From an uncultured delta proteobacterium (lineage in GTDB: Bacteria > Myxococcota_A > Polyangia > Palsa-1104), in NCBI GenBank assembly GCA_963785725.1, contig CAWAWS010000005.1:224001-288000 (forward strand): a DNA stretch of 64,000 nucleotides, written 5' to 3'. Below the pieces are notes generated by a model. That model worked only from the letters and a program-made list of their open reading frames with translations. It searched no databases and was not told the DNA's origin. How positions within the stretch are numbered: the first letter of the stretch is position 1; every line of letters begins with the position of its first letter. Below are positions 55,301 to 64,000 of the stretch, piece by piece. The position numbers and the translations under genes are program-made.

Positions 55301-56883
55301 CCCAGGCGCGTCCACAGCGGCGTGCCGGCGGCGGCGTCGATGCGCACGTTGGCGGCGAGGCGGCCGTCACGCGGGTCGACCGTGCCGTCGGCGGCGACGG
55401 TCACGCCTTCGCCTTCGGCGCTGACGCCCTTCAACGTCACCAGCGCCGGCGTGTACTCGCCCGCGCCGCTCAGCGTCAGCTTGCGCGGCAGCTTGCCGCC
55501 GACGTGGCTGCGCTCGAGCTCGCCGCCGAGCCGCGCGATGTAGACGCGCTCGCGATGATGCAGGAGGTTGCCCGCGAGCTTGACGTGCGCGTCGAGGCTG
55601 CCCGCCACTTCCGCCGCCAGCGACGGCGAGACATGCGGCAGCTGGGCCAAGTCCACGCCGCGCAGCCCGACCGTCGCCGACCAGCGGCCGGGCTCGCGCA
55701 TCTCGAGCTCGACGTCGGCCGACGCCTGCCCGCGCGCGACCCGGCCCGTCACCGGCTTCAGCGTCAACACGCCGTCGGTGAAGTGCAGCTTGGCCGTGCC
55801 GTGCGTCAGCGGGATGCCCTCGACGTTGGCGTCGACGTCGTGCACTTCACCGTCGATGACGGGCGCCGAAAAAGGCCCGGTGATCGTCACGTGCGCGCGC
55901 GGATCGCCCGACAGCCACGTCGACAGCGGCGTATCGAGCAGCGCCATCATGCCGCGCCCGTGCTCGACGTCGAGATCGAGCCGCACGCCGGGATGGTCCG
56001 TGTAGGCGTCGATGAGCGCGCCCGACGCATGCACGCCGGCGCTCAGCGACTTGGCCTGCGCGGCGAAATGGAGGGTCTGGCGCACGTCGCCGTGCACGCC
56101 GAACTCCGACGCCGTCAGCCCTTGCAGCGGGAAGTTGCGGTCGCCGATCTGCAGCGCCGCCGTCGGTGACGAGGCGTCGACGATGCGGAAGAAGAAGTAC
56201 GGGCCGTCGAGCGTCTGTAAGTCGCGCGCCGAGTTGTAGACGAGCCCGACTTTGGCGTGCAGATGGTCGGCTTTGGCCCACCACGACGGCTTGCCGTCCG
56301 GTGCCGGGCTCGACATGGCGAAGCCGACGTCGCCGAGCTCGGCGTCGTCGACGCTGATGATGACCGCCCCACCGCCGCCGTTGCCGTCGGGCTTGACCTT
56401 GCGCGCGCCCATCGCGGCGATGATGTTGGTCTCGCTCTTGTCGAGGTTCCACGTCGAGCGCGTGGGGACGATGACACCCCAGCCGCTCGGGATGACGGCG
56501 TGCGAGAAGTGCAGCGTCAGGTAAAAGCGCTTGCCGGCGAACAGCGCCGTCTTGGCCAGCGACGCCACCAGCTCCTGCAGGTGCACGTCGGCTTCGACGT
56601 GCGGCACGCGCACGACCGTGTCGCCGTCGGGATCGATGAGCGTGAAGTCGGAGCCGACGACGTGCGCCGGCGTGTTGACCAAGAGCGAAAAGAGGCCGCC
56701 CCAATAGGGATACTTGGCGTGACCGAGCTCGAATCGACCGCGATCGGCCGCTTCCACTTTGTCGGAGATGAAGCGACCGAGCACCGCGTCATTGAACTTG
56801 AAGTAGGCGACCGTCCACGCCGCCCATAGGATCAGCAGGATCCCGAGCGTCAGGCGAAACAGTACGCGGAAGAGACGGGCCAC
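52345..56883 (-). CDS. tamB: TamB/AsmA-like (DUF490-type) protein
   Basis: 1512 aa, N-terminal TM, repeated G-x-x-x-x-P-x-x-x-G beta motifs, adjacent to an Omp85 gene. Confidence 0.8.
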   Translation of the reverse strand: MARLFRVLFRLTLGILLILWAAWTVAYFKFNDAVLGRFISDKVEAADRGRFELGHAKYPYWGGLFSLLVNTPAHVVGSDFTLIDPDGDTVVRVPHVEADVHLQELVASLAKTALFAGKRFYLTLHFSHAVIPSGWGVIVPTRSTWNLDKSETNIIAAMGARKVKPDGNGGGGAVIISVDDAELGDVGFAMSSPAPDGKPSWWAKADHLHAKVGLVYNSARDLQTLDGPYFFFRIVDASSPTAALQIGDRNFPLQGLTASEFGVHGDVRQTLHFAAQAKSLSAGVHASGALIDAYTDHPGVRLDLDVEHGRGMMALLDTPLSTWLSGDPRAHVTITGPFSAPVIDGEVHDVDANVEGIPLTHGTAKLHFTDGVLTLKPVTGRVARGQASADVELEMREPGRWSATVGLRGVDLAQLPHVSPSLAAEVAGSLDAHVKLAGNLLHHRERVYIARLGGELERSHVGGKLPRKLTLSGAGEYTPALVTLKGVSAEGEGVTVAADGTVDPRDGRLAANVRIDAAAGTPLWTRLGAPAGLHVDAVHAVGRVTGPPLRPTLTLHAIANNVTYQRRTLTTLEADLSLNGGTMIVSNLTGSGLGATITGSAELGLFGNDLAHPRAQPTIRAALVANGLSLTALSGWPLLQGDAHVDIDLAGALGHPHGSATLLLPKLTMQGDAYQGGKLALEFDDDGATIRDLSLHRVRGGSLAGKGTIGWNGDLALGLKPRDFPLTAIPFISSVPIPLAGTLSGDLQVGGTIEHPVPGGLLSLVAFKVRDALLGAGDLKLDPGGDAIHISGHFFGNVFVDGYITLVPKLALVAHIRFQDLELERFYPEIRQLAEVHGRATGEAAITVDSESGLTFAQLTLEQLTLTLNSTDETGHPQSLVVKNPKDQPVRLSTDGKTLTIKRTRLYSAIGEFLVEGTVGGKKNDVYMRGTIGLELLEYFFRGLFEHTHGPANVELRIAGDLSKPEINGYVQIGGGRGAAELIPRGLDGHLKLKIPSGRIDITPQYVRLSQVVVSTDKDKLAKASGEVTLNDWTPGAIKGEITGEITPALFQWRWLDQLADASGSLKVDVRIGGVWSHPQWRGSAEVHDVVFRARKLGRDLRINGGTVIFENFDVAIGCPKTGGKPQGCRSLTGMIDDESKIDSVDARVSIGDEWSLKRLDVWATGREIRYSQPTWSVSFSPTIELYGDGNGLTLKGNINLVEGRYAQNFELLGMVFRPKVTEVSTPFWESSPLLETMRLDLRAQSTGSLIVKSNIAELTLSANLAISGTLSEWHADGTINIDEGGILKPPGARYNFDTDRGSVRFEESKKFPTDTPTIDLSATAPYIDRYEQQHTLTMRLSGTAMSPRLELGSLDGWNASTVLLILFGGQSPDEIRRAAQGTSATVLAQQQGSPTDAMAKTLSGATVGQFISDPLKRVTGFDTVNVEFGGSSFDLKLCKRFGRYFKTCGQGELGFAGSSRFGGSIELKLSDRPMEWSGIGRVEYLTRGVETLQDSLTSGRGELRLRFPLGY

Positions 56884-56957
56884 GATCGCTTCAACGATAG
56901 CATCGCGCCTCTATTCATCCATTTAGATCGTGATGTAAGTCGTGTAGGTGGCGCCCG

Positions 56958-59448
56958 TCATCGCGGCAGGGTCAAGGTGAAGCGCGAGCCTTGGCCGGGC
57001 CGCGATTCGACGCGGATGGCGCCGCGATGGTTCTCGACGACGCGCTTGACGATGGCGAGGCCGAGGCCGGTGCCGCCGTGGCGCGTCGTGAAAAAGGGGC
57101 GAAAGAGCTGCCGCCGCGTCGGCTCGTCCATGCCCACGCCCGAGTCTTCGACTTCGATCTCGACGAGGTCGGAGACGTCGGCCGCCGGACGCAAGCGCAC
57201 CGACAGCGCGCCGCCCGTCGGCATGGCCTGGCGCGCGTTCAAGAAGAGGTTGAAGAGCGCGCGGCGAATCTCCTCGGCGTCGGCGGATACGCGCGGCGTC
57301 GACTCGAGCTCGCAGCGGATTTCGATGTGTGCGGCCTCCAATTCCGGCCCCAGCCGCTCGAGCGTCTGCTTGATGAGCGCGCCCACGTCGGTCGGTCGCA
57401 GCGCCGGCGCGTCGGGGCGCGCCAGATTCGAGCAAGCGGCGCGCCGTGGCGTCCATGCGGTCGACCTCGTCTTCGATGCAGGCGCAGAGCGTGGCTGAGG
57501 CTTCGTCGCGGGCGCGCTGGCGTAAGGCGCCGGCCGACACTTTGATGATGCCGAGCGGATTCTTGACCTCGTGCACGATGACGGCCGCGAGCTGACCGAG
57601 CGCCGCCAGCCGCTCGCGCAAGGCCCGTTCGGCGACGAGCGCGGCGTTCTCGAGCGCCAACGCCAGCTGCGGCGCGGCGTCGGCGAGCGTGTGCACGACG
57701 CCGTAGCCGTAGACGCCGCCGCGCGGCGGCGAGAAGGCGAGCAGCCCGGCCAGCCGCCGCTTGTGCACGAGCGGCACGACCAGCTCGACGCCGGCGCGCG
57801 TGAGCAAGAGGCGCGACGGCTCGTCCTCGTCGCCGAGCTCGCGCACCGACTGCGGCTGCGGCTGCGCGAGCAACGATTCCTCGAAGGCGCCGCCGAGCGG
57901 CAGGTGCAGCTCGTCGTCGCCGAGGCCTTCATTGCGCCCCAAGGGCGGGGTTTCGCCGTGGGGATCGGCGAGGCCTTCATTGCGCCCCAAGGGCGGGGCT
58001 TCGCCGTGGGGATCGGCGAGGCCTTCATTGCGCCCCAAGGGCGGGGTTTCGCCGTGGGGATTGGCGAGGCTGTCGCCGGCGCGCCCGGCGACGTCGAGGC
58101 GGCCGAGCGGCGACGGCACGAACAGGAGCACGCCGCGCGCTCGCGTCAGCCGTAACAGCGGGCCGAGCGCTACCTCGGCCAGCGACGGCACGTCTTCGAC
58201 CGTCGGCAGCGCGCGCAAGAGCTCGAGCAGCGCCGGCATGCGACTGTCGCGATAGAGCAGCCGATCGACGATGCGCTGCACGCCGAGCCGCAGCGGGTGA
58301 AAGACGACGGCGACGGCCAGCGTCAGCGCCGTCGCGAACGCCTGCCCGACGAGCATCGTGGCCCAGTGGCTGGCGACGGCGACGACGGCGAAGTAGAGGC
58401 CGAGCACCAGCGCCGTGGCGACGCCGTAGACCAACGACGCGCGCAAGACCGCGTCCAAGTCGAACAGATTGCGCTTCAGGATGGCGTAGGCGATGAGCGC
58501 GGGAAACAGCGCCGACAGCACCATCGCTTGATCGGCCGTCAGCCAGCTCGACGGGCCGGCCAGGCGCGAGGCGAACTGCCAGGCGACGGCGGTCGTGCAG
58601 GTCAACGCCAGGCCGACGAAGATGGACTTGGCGCGGTTGCGCACCGACGGCGTCGCGCCGCCGGTCATGCTCGACGCGAGCAGGCCCAAGTCGCAGGCGA
58701 ACTCGGCCGAGAGCATGGCGGCGGTCACGAGCGAGCCGACGTCGGAGGCGCGCGGGTCGTCGATGGCCCACTGCCGCCAGGCGACGACGCCGAGGCCGAC
58801 GGCATAGAGCGGCAGCAGCACGGCGCGACGCGCCCAGCGCGGACGGACCTCGGGGAAACAGGCGAACAGATGCACCGACAAGGGGCCGAGCAGCGGATAG
58901 AGCAGCCAGACGCGCGTGAAATGCCAGGTCGTGTGCGCGTCGAACATCGACAGGTAGAACGCCGCGGCGACGAGGCAGAGCGCGCACGCCAAGGCCGCTT
59001 CACGCGTGCGTTTGTAGCGGAAGATGGTGGCGCCGAGCAGCAGGTAGACGAGGCCGATCGAGAACGGCAGCGCGAAGGTCGAGGCGCGATCCCAGGTCGT
59101 CAGGCGGCCGAGCGGCACGACGACGCGCGACGCGCTGCCGTCGGGGCGGCGGACGTCGAGCGTGGCCGACGCGGCGCCGCGCCGGCGGTCGAGCGCAGCG
59201 CGCAGCTCGCGACCGCCGGCGACCGGCTCGCCGTCGATGGCGACGATGACGTCGCGCACGCGCAAACCGGCGCGGCGGCCCGGCCAATCGGCGCGCCACA
59301 GCGACGTGACCGCGCCCGAGCGGTAGACGAAGAAGCCGCCGAACGGCGCGTCGTAGCCGATGGCCGCCGACGCCGCCGCGCAGCCGAGCGCGATGAGCGC
59401 GACGACGGCGACGCCGACGGCGAGCGGGGCCAAACGCGCGCGGCTCAT
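56958..59448 (-). CDS. Membrane sensor histidine kinase (PDZ-like loop, multiple TMs, GAF-like, HisKA, HATPase), frameshift near 57425
   Basis: AGLRVRDVIVAIDG, HEVKNPLG, NLFLNA, EDSGVG, FFTT, GTGLGL. Confidence 0.88.
57921..58070. repeat. 48-bp tandem repeat x3, in frame within the kinase
   Basis: cgaggccttcattgcgccccaagggcggggtttcgccgtggggatcgg at 57921, 57969 and 58017 with 1 substitution each. Confidence 0.95.
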
Positions 59449-59473
59449 AGAGCCGGAATATCACATATTTCGG

Positions 59474-62081
59474 CTACTTGATGCGACCGAAGACGTACTC
59501 GGCTTCGTCGAAGAAGAGCAGCGCGTGCGTCGTCGGGTCGAAGACGAGCGGCGCCGGCTGATGCACGCGCGCGGCCGTGCCGATGCCGGGCTCGAACGTC
59601 TGCTGTCCGACGGTGCCGATGCTGGTGCCGACGGTCATGTTGGCCAGCGTCAGCTGCCGAATCGTGGGCGAGACCGGCGCGGCGACGGCGTTGTTGGCGC
59701 CGACGTCGCCGATGAACAGCGATTTGCCGTCGCTGACGAGGCTCTGGATGCCGGCGAAGAGCGCGGTCGTGCCGTCCATGTGGCCGAGCGCGCCCGGGTC
59801 GCCCGCGATGGTGTCGACTTTGCCGCCGCTGATGGCGATGCGGCGGATGGCCGACGCCGGCGGTGGCACGCCGCCCACCGAGGCCATCGCGCTGTCGGCG
59901 ACGTAGACGTAGGTGCCGTCGGTGGCGATGGCGCTGGCGGCACCGAAGTGCGCCGCCGTGCCGGTGCCGTCGGCGACGCCGGTGCTGGTCGAGTCGCCGG
60001 CGAGCGTCTTGACCATGCCGCCCGCGATCATGCGCACCTCCTTGCCGCCGTCGATGAAGAAGAGGTTGGTGCCGTCGGTGGCGAGCTTGAGCGGCTGCAG
60101 CTGCGCCGACAAGAGCGAGCCGTCGGACGGGCCGGCTTGACCGCCGGTGCCGGCGTAGACCACCGAATTCGTGCCGTCGGTGCCGATGGCCAGGATGAGA
60201 TCGTTGCTGTCGGCGATGTAGAGCGTCGAGCCGATGCGGGCGAGGTCGAGGTACGACATGCCGGGATCGGCAGTCTGGCCGTTGTCGGCGACGAGCAGCG
60301 TCGTGGCGCCGTTGGCCAGCGCCACCTTCAAGATGCGGCCGCCGGAGTCGAGCGTGTAGACGTAGCTGCCGTCGCTGGTGAGGCCGGTGAGCGTGCGGCT
60401 GAAGACGGACGGCGCGCTCGGCGTGGCGCTGAACGTGGTCTCGTTGTCGTTGTGGCGCACGCCGGCCACCGTCGTGACTTGGTAGTTGGCGTTGTTGGCC
60501 ATGGTGCGCAGCACGTGGTTGTCGTTGTCGCCGATGTAGAAGGTGCCGGCGCCGAACGCCAGCGGCGACGGGCCGTCGAACGCGAACTGCGCCTGCGCGC
60601 CCGGCGTCTGGTCGACGTAGCCGGAGCCCATGCCGTTGCCGGCGACCGACGTGATCGTCTTGGCGACGGTGTCGATCTTGACGACGTTGTCGCAAAATTG
60701 GTCGGTGTAGAAGAGGTTGTCGTTGTCGTCGAAGACGATGCGCGTGGCGCCGCTCAGCACCTGCGCCGTCAGCGCGCTCGCCGTGCCGGTGGCGCAGCCG
60801 AACAGGAAGCTGCCGCCGCTGTAGTCGCCGGCCAAGAGCGTGACCGGGCTGCCCGACGGCATCGGCACCTTGATGATGCTCGACCTGCAGGCGACGTAGC
60901 AGGAGGCCGCGTCGCAGGCGACGTCTTCGCAGTAGGCCGGGTTGGCGACGAGCGTGCTGGGGAACGCGTTGTAGATGTTGCGCACGCCGCCCGTCGACGG
61001 CGTGACGCCGTAGAGGACCTCGAGCCCGGCGCCCTCCTGCGCGGCGAAGATGAGCATGCCCTGGAACTGGCCGATGCCGGAGATGAGGTCGTTCGTCGAC
61101 GGTATCGTCACCGCCGTGACGCTCTTCGACGTGAGGTCGATGGCGCGCAGGCCGCGGCCATAGTCGTCGACGACGTAGAGCACGCCGTTCATGACCTCCA
61201 TGTCGCCGGGATGGTTGAAGCGCGCGGCGCCGGCGGCGCCTTGCACGACGCGACAATCGTAGGCCGAGCCGGCGAGCGTGCTGACCGCGGGCGTCGCCAA
61301 GGTGCCGCTGGCGACGCGAATGGTGCAGTCGGTCGAGTCGGAGAAGTAGACGACTTGGTTGACCGGGTCGTAGGCGGTGCCGCCGACCTCTTGCAAGCGC
61401 GTGAACAGGTAGCCCTTGTCGTCGGCGTGACCGACGCCGCCGGCGCTGCCGGCCAAGAGCGACAGCTTCTCGGTCCACGTGCAGGTCGCGTCGCAGCCGT
61501 CGCCGCTGACGGTGTTGCTGTCGTCGCAGACTTCGCCCGCCTCGACGACGCCGTTGCCGCAGACCGACGCGCAGTCGCTGTCGCTGCTGTTATTGCAGCC
61601 GCTCGGACAGCAGCTGTCGCCGCCGACACACGTCGTGACCTGCGCGCAGCCGGCCATGTCGGTCGAGCCTTGGCCGCCGCTCAAGTCGCCGGCGCTGGTG
61701 AAGCCCAAGAGGTCGACCGAGCCGCTCGTGGCCGTGAGCGTGACCGTGCCTTTGCCGCGGTTGCCGCTGAGCTGCACCGACGTCGCGCCGCTGGCCAAGA
61801 GCGCCTTTTGCGCCGACTCGCCGAAGACGGTGATGCTGACGGCGCCGCTCGCGCCCGCCGGCAAGTCGAGCGCGACGACGGCCGGCAGCGAGATCGGCGT
61901 CGGGTTCGTGCTCTTGTGCTCGCTGTTGCCGTTGAAGACGACGGCGACGTCGAGGATGTCGAGGTTGGCGACGTGACCTTCGACGCGCAGGCCGACGCAG
62001 ATGCCGGAATGGCCGGCGCAGGGATCGACCTGGCCGCAGCCGGCGACGAGGACGACGAGCAGAGCAGACCGCGACGCGCAT
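59474..62081 (-). CDS. Lipoprotein with myxobacterial Cys-rich (DUF4215-type) repeat and NHL/beta-propeller repeats, frameshift near 62062
   Basis: Lipobox VAGC upstream in frame; CGNGVVEAGEVCDDSNTVSGDGCDATC; repeated TLAG, LYIAD and DG-x-G-x-x-A-x-F motifs. Confidence 0.8.
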
Positions 62082-62765
62082 CAGTAGCTCAAGCTCCCCA
62101 GGTTCTTCGCGTTGTCCTTCGTGCCCAAGACGACGCCGAGCACGACCGCGCCGGCGACGACGACCGCGCCGCCGGCGACGACGCCCCAGAACCACGCCTT
62201 CTTCGTCATCGGCGTCTTGCGCTCCGGCGCGCTCGCGACCAGCGCGTTGCCCGTCGTCGGCGCCGTGCTCGCCGGCGCTTCCACCGTCGGTGTCGGCGGC
62301 GAAGTCGTCGGCGGTGGCGGCGTTGACGTCGACGCGGCTCGCCTGGCCCATGCCGCTCGGCTCGTCGGCTGCATCGGCGGCGCCGTCGCCGCCGAGTGCG
62401 ACTGATCGATCACCTTTTGCAAGGACGCGATGTGCCGCTCCACTTCCGCGCGATTGGCCGCGTCCGGCTGCCATGCGCAGATAGGCGCGATAGTTCTGCA
62501 CCGCCTTCTCCGGCCGCGACGACAAGCGGTACGCCTGGCCGATGTTGTACAAAAACTCGGGCACGGGCTTGGTGCGAAAGCCCTCTTGCCACTTGGCGAT
62601 GGCATCGTCGTATTCGGCGAGCTGGAAATGCGCCATGCCGCGCTCGTACAGCTTCGTTGCGCTTGCGTCGACGTCTCGTCGGTCGCCGTTGCCGCGCCTT
62701 CCGCTGCCTGCGCCCACGTCGCGCACAACAGCAGTCCCCCATAAGACGACCATCGCTATTCGCAT
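62081..62765 (-). CDS. TPR protein with C-terminal TM segment, frameshifted
   Basis: LYERGMAHFQLAEYDDAI, LYNIGQAYR, AEVERHI; KKAWFWGVVAGGAVVV tail. Confidence 0.75.
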
Positions 62766-62828
62766 CGCGCCAGATTTTACGCCGTGCGCGTCACCTCTGT
62801 AAAGACCTCGTGCTAGGCTGCGCGCGCC

Positions 62829-64000
62829 ATGGCGGAAACGGACGCGCTCTATATCGTCGACGGGTCGGGGTTCATCTTTCGCGCCTATCACGCGCTGCCG
62901 CCGCTGACGACGAAAGCGGGACAGCCGACGGGCGCCGTCTACGGTTTTACGCAGATGCTCATCAAGCTGGAGACGGAGCATCGGCCGTCGCATCTCGTCG
63001 TCGTGTTCGACGCCGCCGGCGCGCGCAGCTTTCGCCACGGCCTGTTCGGCGAGTACAAAGCCAATCGCGTCGAGCCGCCCGATGATCTGAAGCCGCAGTT
63101 CGGGCTCGTGCGCACGGTGGTCAAGACGTTCGCCATCCCGACGATGGAGACGACCGACTTCGAGGCCGACGATCTCATCGCCACGCTCACGCGGCAGGCC
63201 AAAGAGCGCGGCCAGCGCGTCGTCATCGTCTCGTCGGACAAAGATCTGATGCAGCTCGTCGACGATCAGGTGCGTGCTGCACGACACGATGAAGAACGTG
63301 CCGCACGGCTATACCTACGGCGTCAAGGAGGTGGAAGAGAAGTTCGGCGTGCCGCCCAAGCAGCTCGGCGACGTGCTGGCGCTGATGGGCGACTCGATCG
63401 ACAACGTGCCCGGCATCGCCGGCGTCGGCCCGAAGACGGCGTCGGCGCTGGTGCGCGAGTTCGGCACGCTCGAGAACATGTTCGCGCACCTCGACGACAT
63501 CGCCAAGGTCAAAGGGCTGCGCGGCGCGGCGTCGATCGCCGAGAAGGTCAAGGCGCACGTCGAGACGGTGCGGCTGTCGCGGCAGCTGGTGGCGCTCGAC
63601 TGACCAAGTGGCGGTGCCGCTGACGCTCGACTCGCTGGTGCGCCGCGAGCCGGACATGGCGGCGGTCGAGACGCTGCTCCGCGAGCTCGAGTTCGTGCGG
63701 CTGCTCGACCGGTTGAAGCCGATCGCGCATCGCCCGCCGACGCTACAGGTCGACGCCGAGGGCAAGATGCTGCAGACGCCGCCGGCCGCCGCGCCAGACG
63801 TCGCCGACGACCGTCGCGCCGCCGCTCGACATCGCCATCGGTAAAGCGCCGCCGCAGATCATCCTCACGATCGACGAGCTGCGCAGCCTGGCCTCGGAGC
63901 TGTTGCGGCAGAGCGAGCTCGCGATCGTGCTCGAGTCGTCGGGCGGCGCGCCGTCGTCGGCCGCGCTCATCGGCCTGGCGCTGGCGGCGCCCGGTCGGCC
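62829..64000 (+). CDS. polA: DNA polymerase I, 5' part, frameshifted and truncated by the window
   Basis: VDGSGFIFRAYHA, YKANR, FEADDLI, SDKDL, LMGDSIDNVPG, GPKTA, LEF. Confidence 0.92.

Noticed and set aside
57921..58070. Possible mini CRISPR array
   Set aside because: Units are contiguous with no unique spacers, lie in frame in a gene, and no cas genes are present

Overview
High-GC bacterial chromosome segment, most likely Myxococcota (MrpC-like regulator, myxobacterial Cys-rich/NHL and EPND-repeat lipoproteins, HEAT-repeat chemosensory cluster). It is mostly housekeeping and mostly on the minus strand: cheY-cheA-cheW-cheW-receiver-HEAT; DUF177-rpmF-plsX-fabHDG-acpP-fabF-rpiB-ribDE-ribBA-ribH-nusB; archaeal-type AspRS; alr-mlaEFD; mrpC; thiSGE; purF-prfB-lysS-lolC/E-lolD-bamA-skp-fabZ; TPR-NHL lipoprotein-kinase-tamB-tamA-sigma54 regulator; and the start of polA. 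Many genes, including essential ones, carry single-base frameshifts that look like long-read errors; only the prfB CTT-TGA site looks programmed. No CRISPR array, rRNA, tRNA or transposase was seen. The most notable signals are: (1) an unannotated Asp/Asn-rich leader peptide (MNTIDGDDPREDA) with alternative RNA pairings in front of the AspRS gene, a candidate attenuator; (2) clustered DnaA boxes over the lysS-lol-bam promoter; (3) a long MlaD with a C-terminal beta-strand domain, together with absence of lpxD/lpxA from the bamA-skp-fabZ cluster; (4) a signal peptidase I homologue lacking both catalytic residues; (5) a two-component pair bracketing tamB/tamA, with an in-frame 48-bp palindromic tandem repeat in the kinase; (6) repeated leaderless and bidirectional -10 promoter architecture. 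All calls come from reading the sequence by eye; no searches were run.
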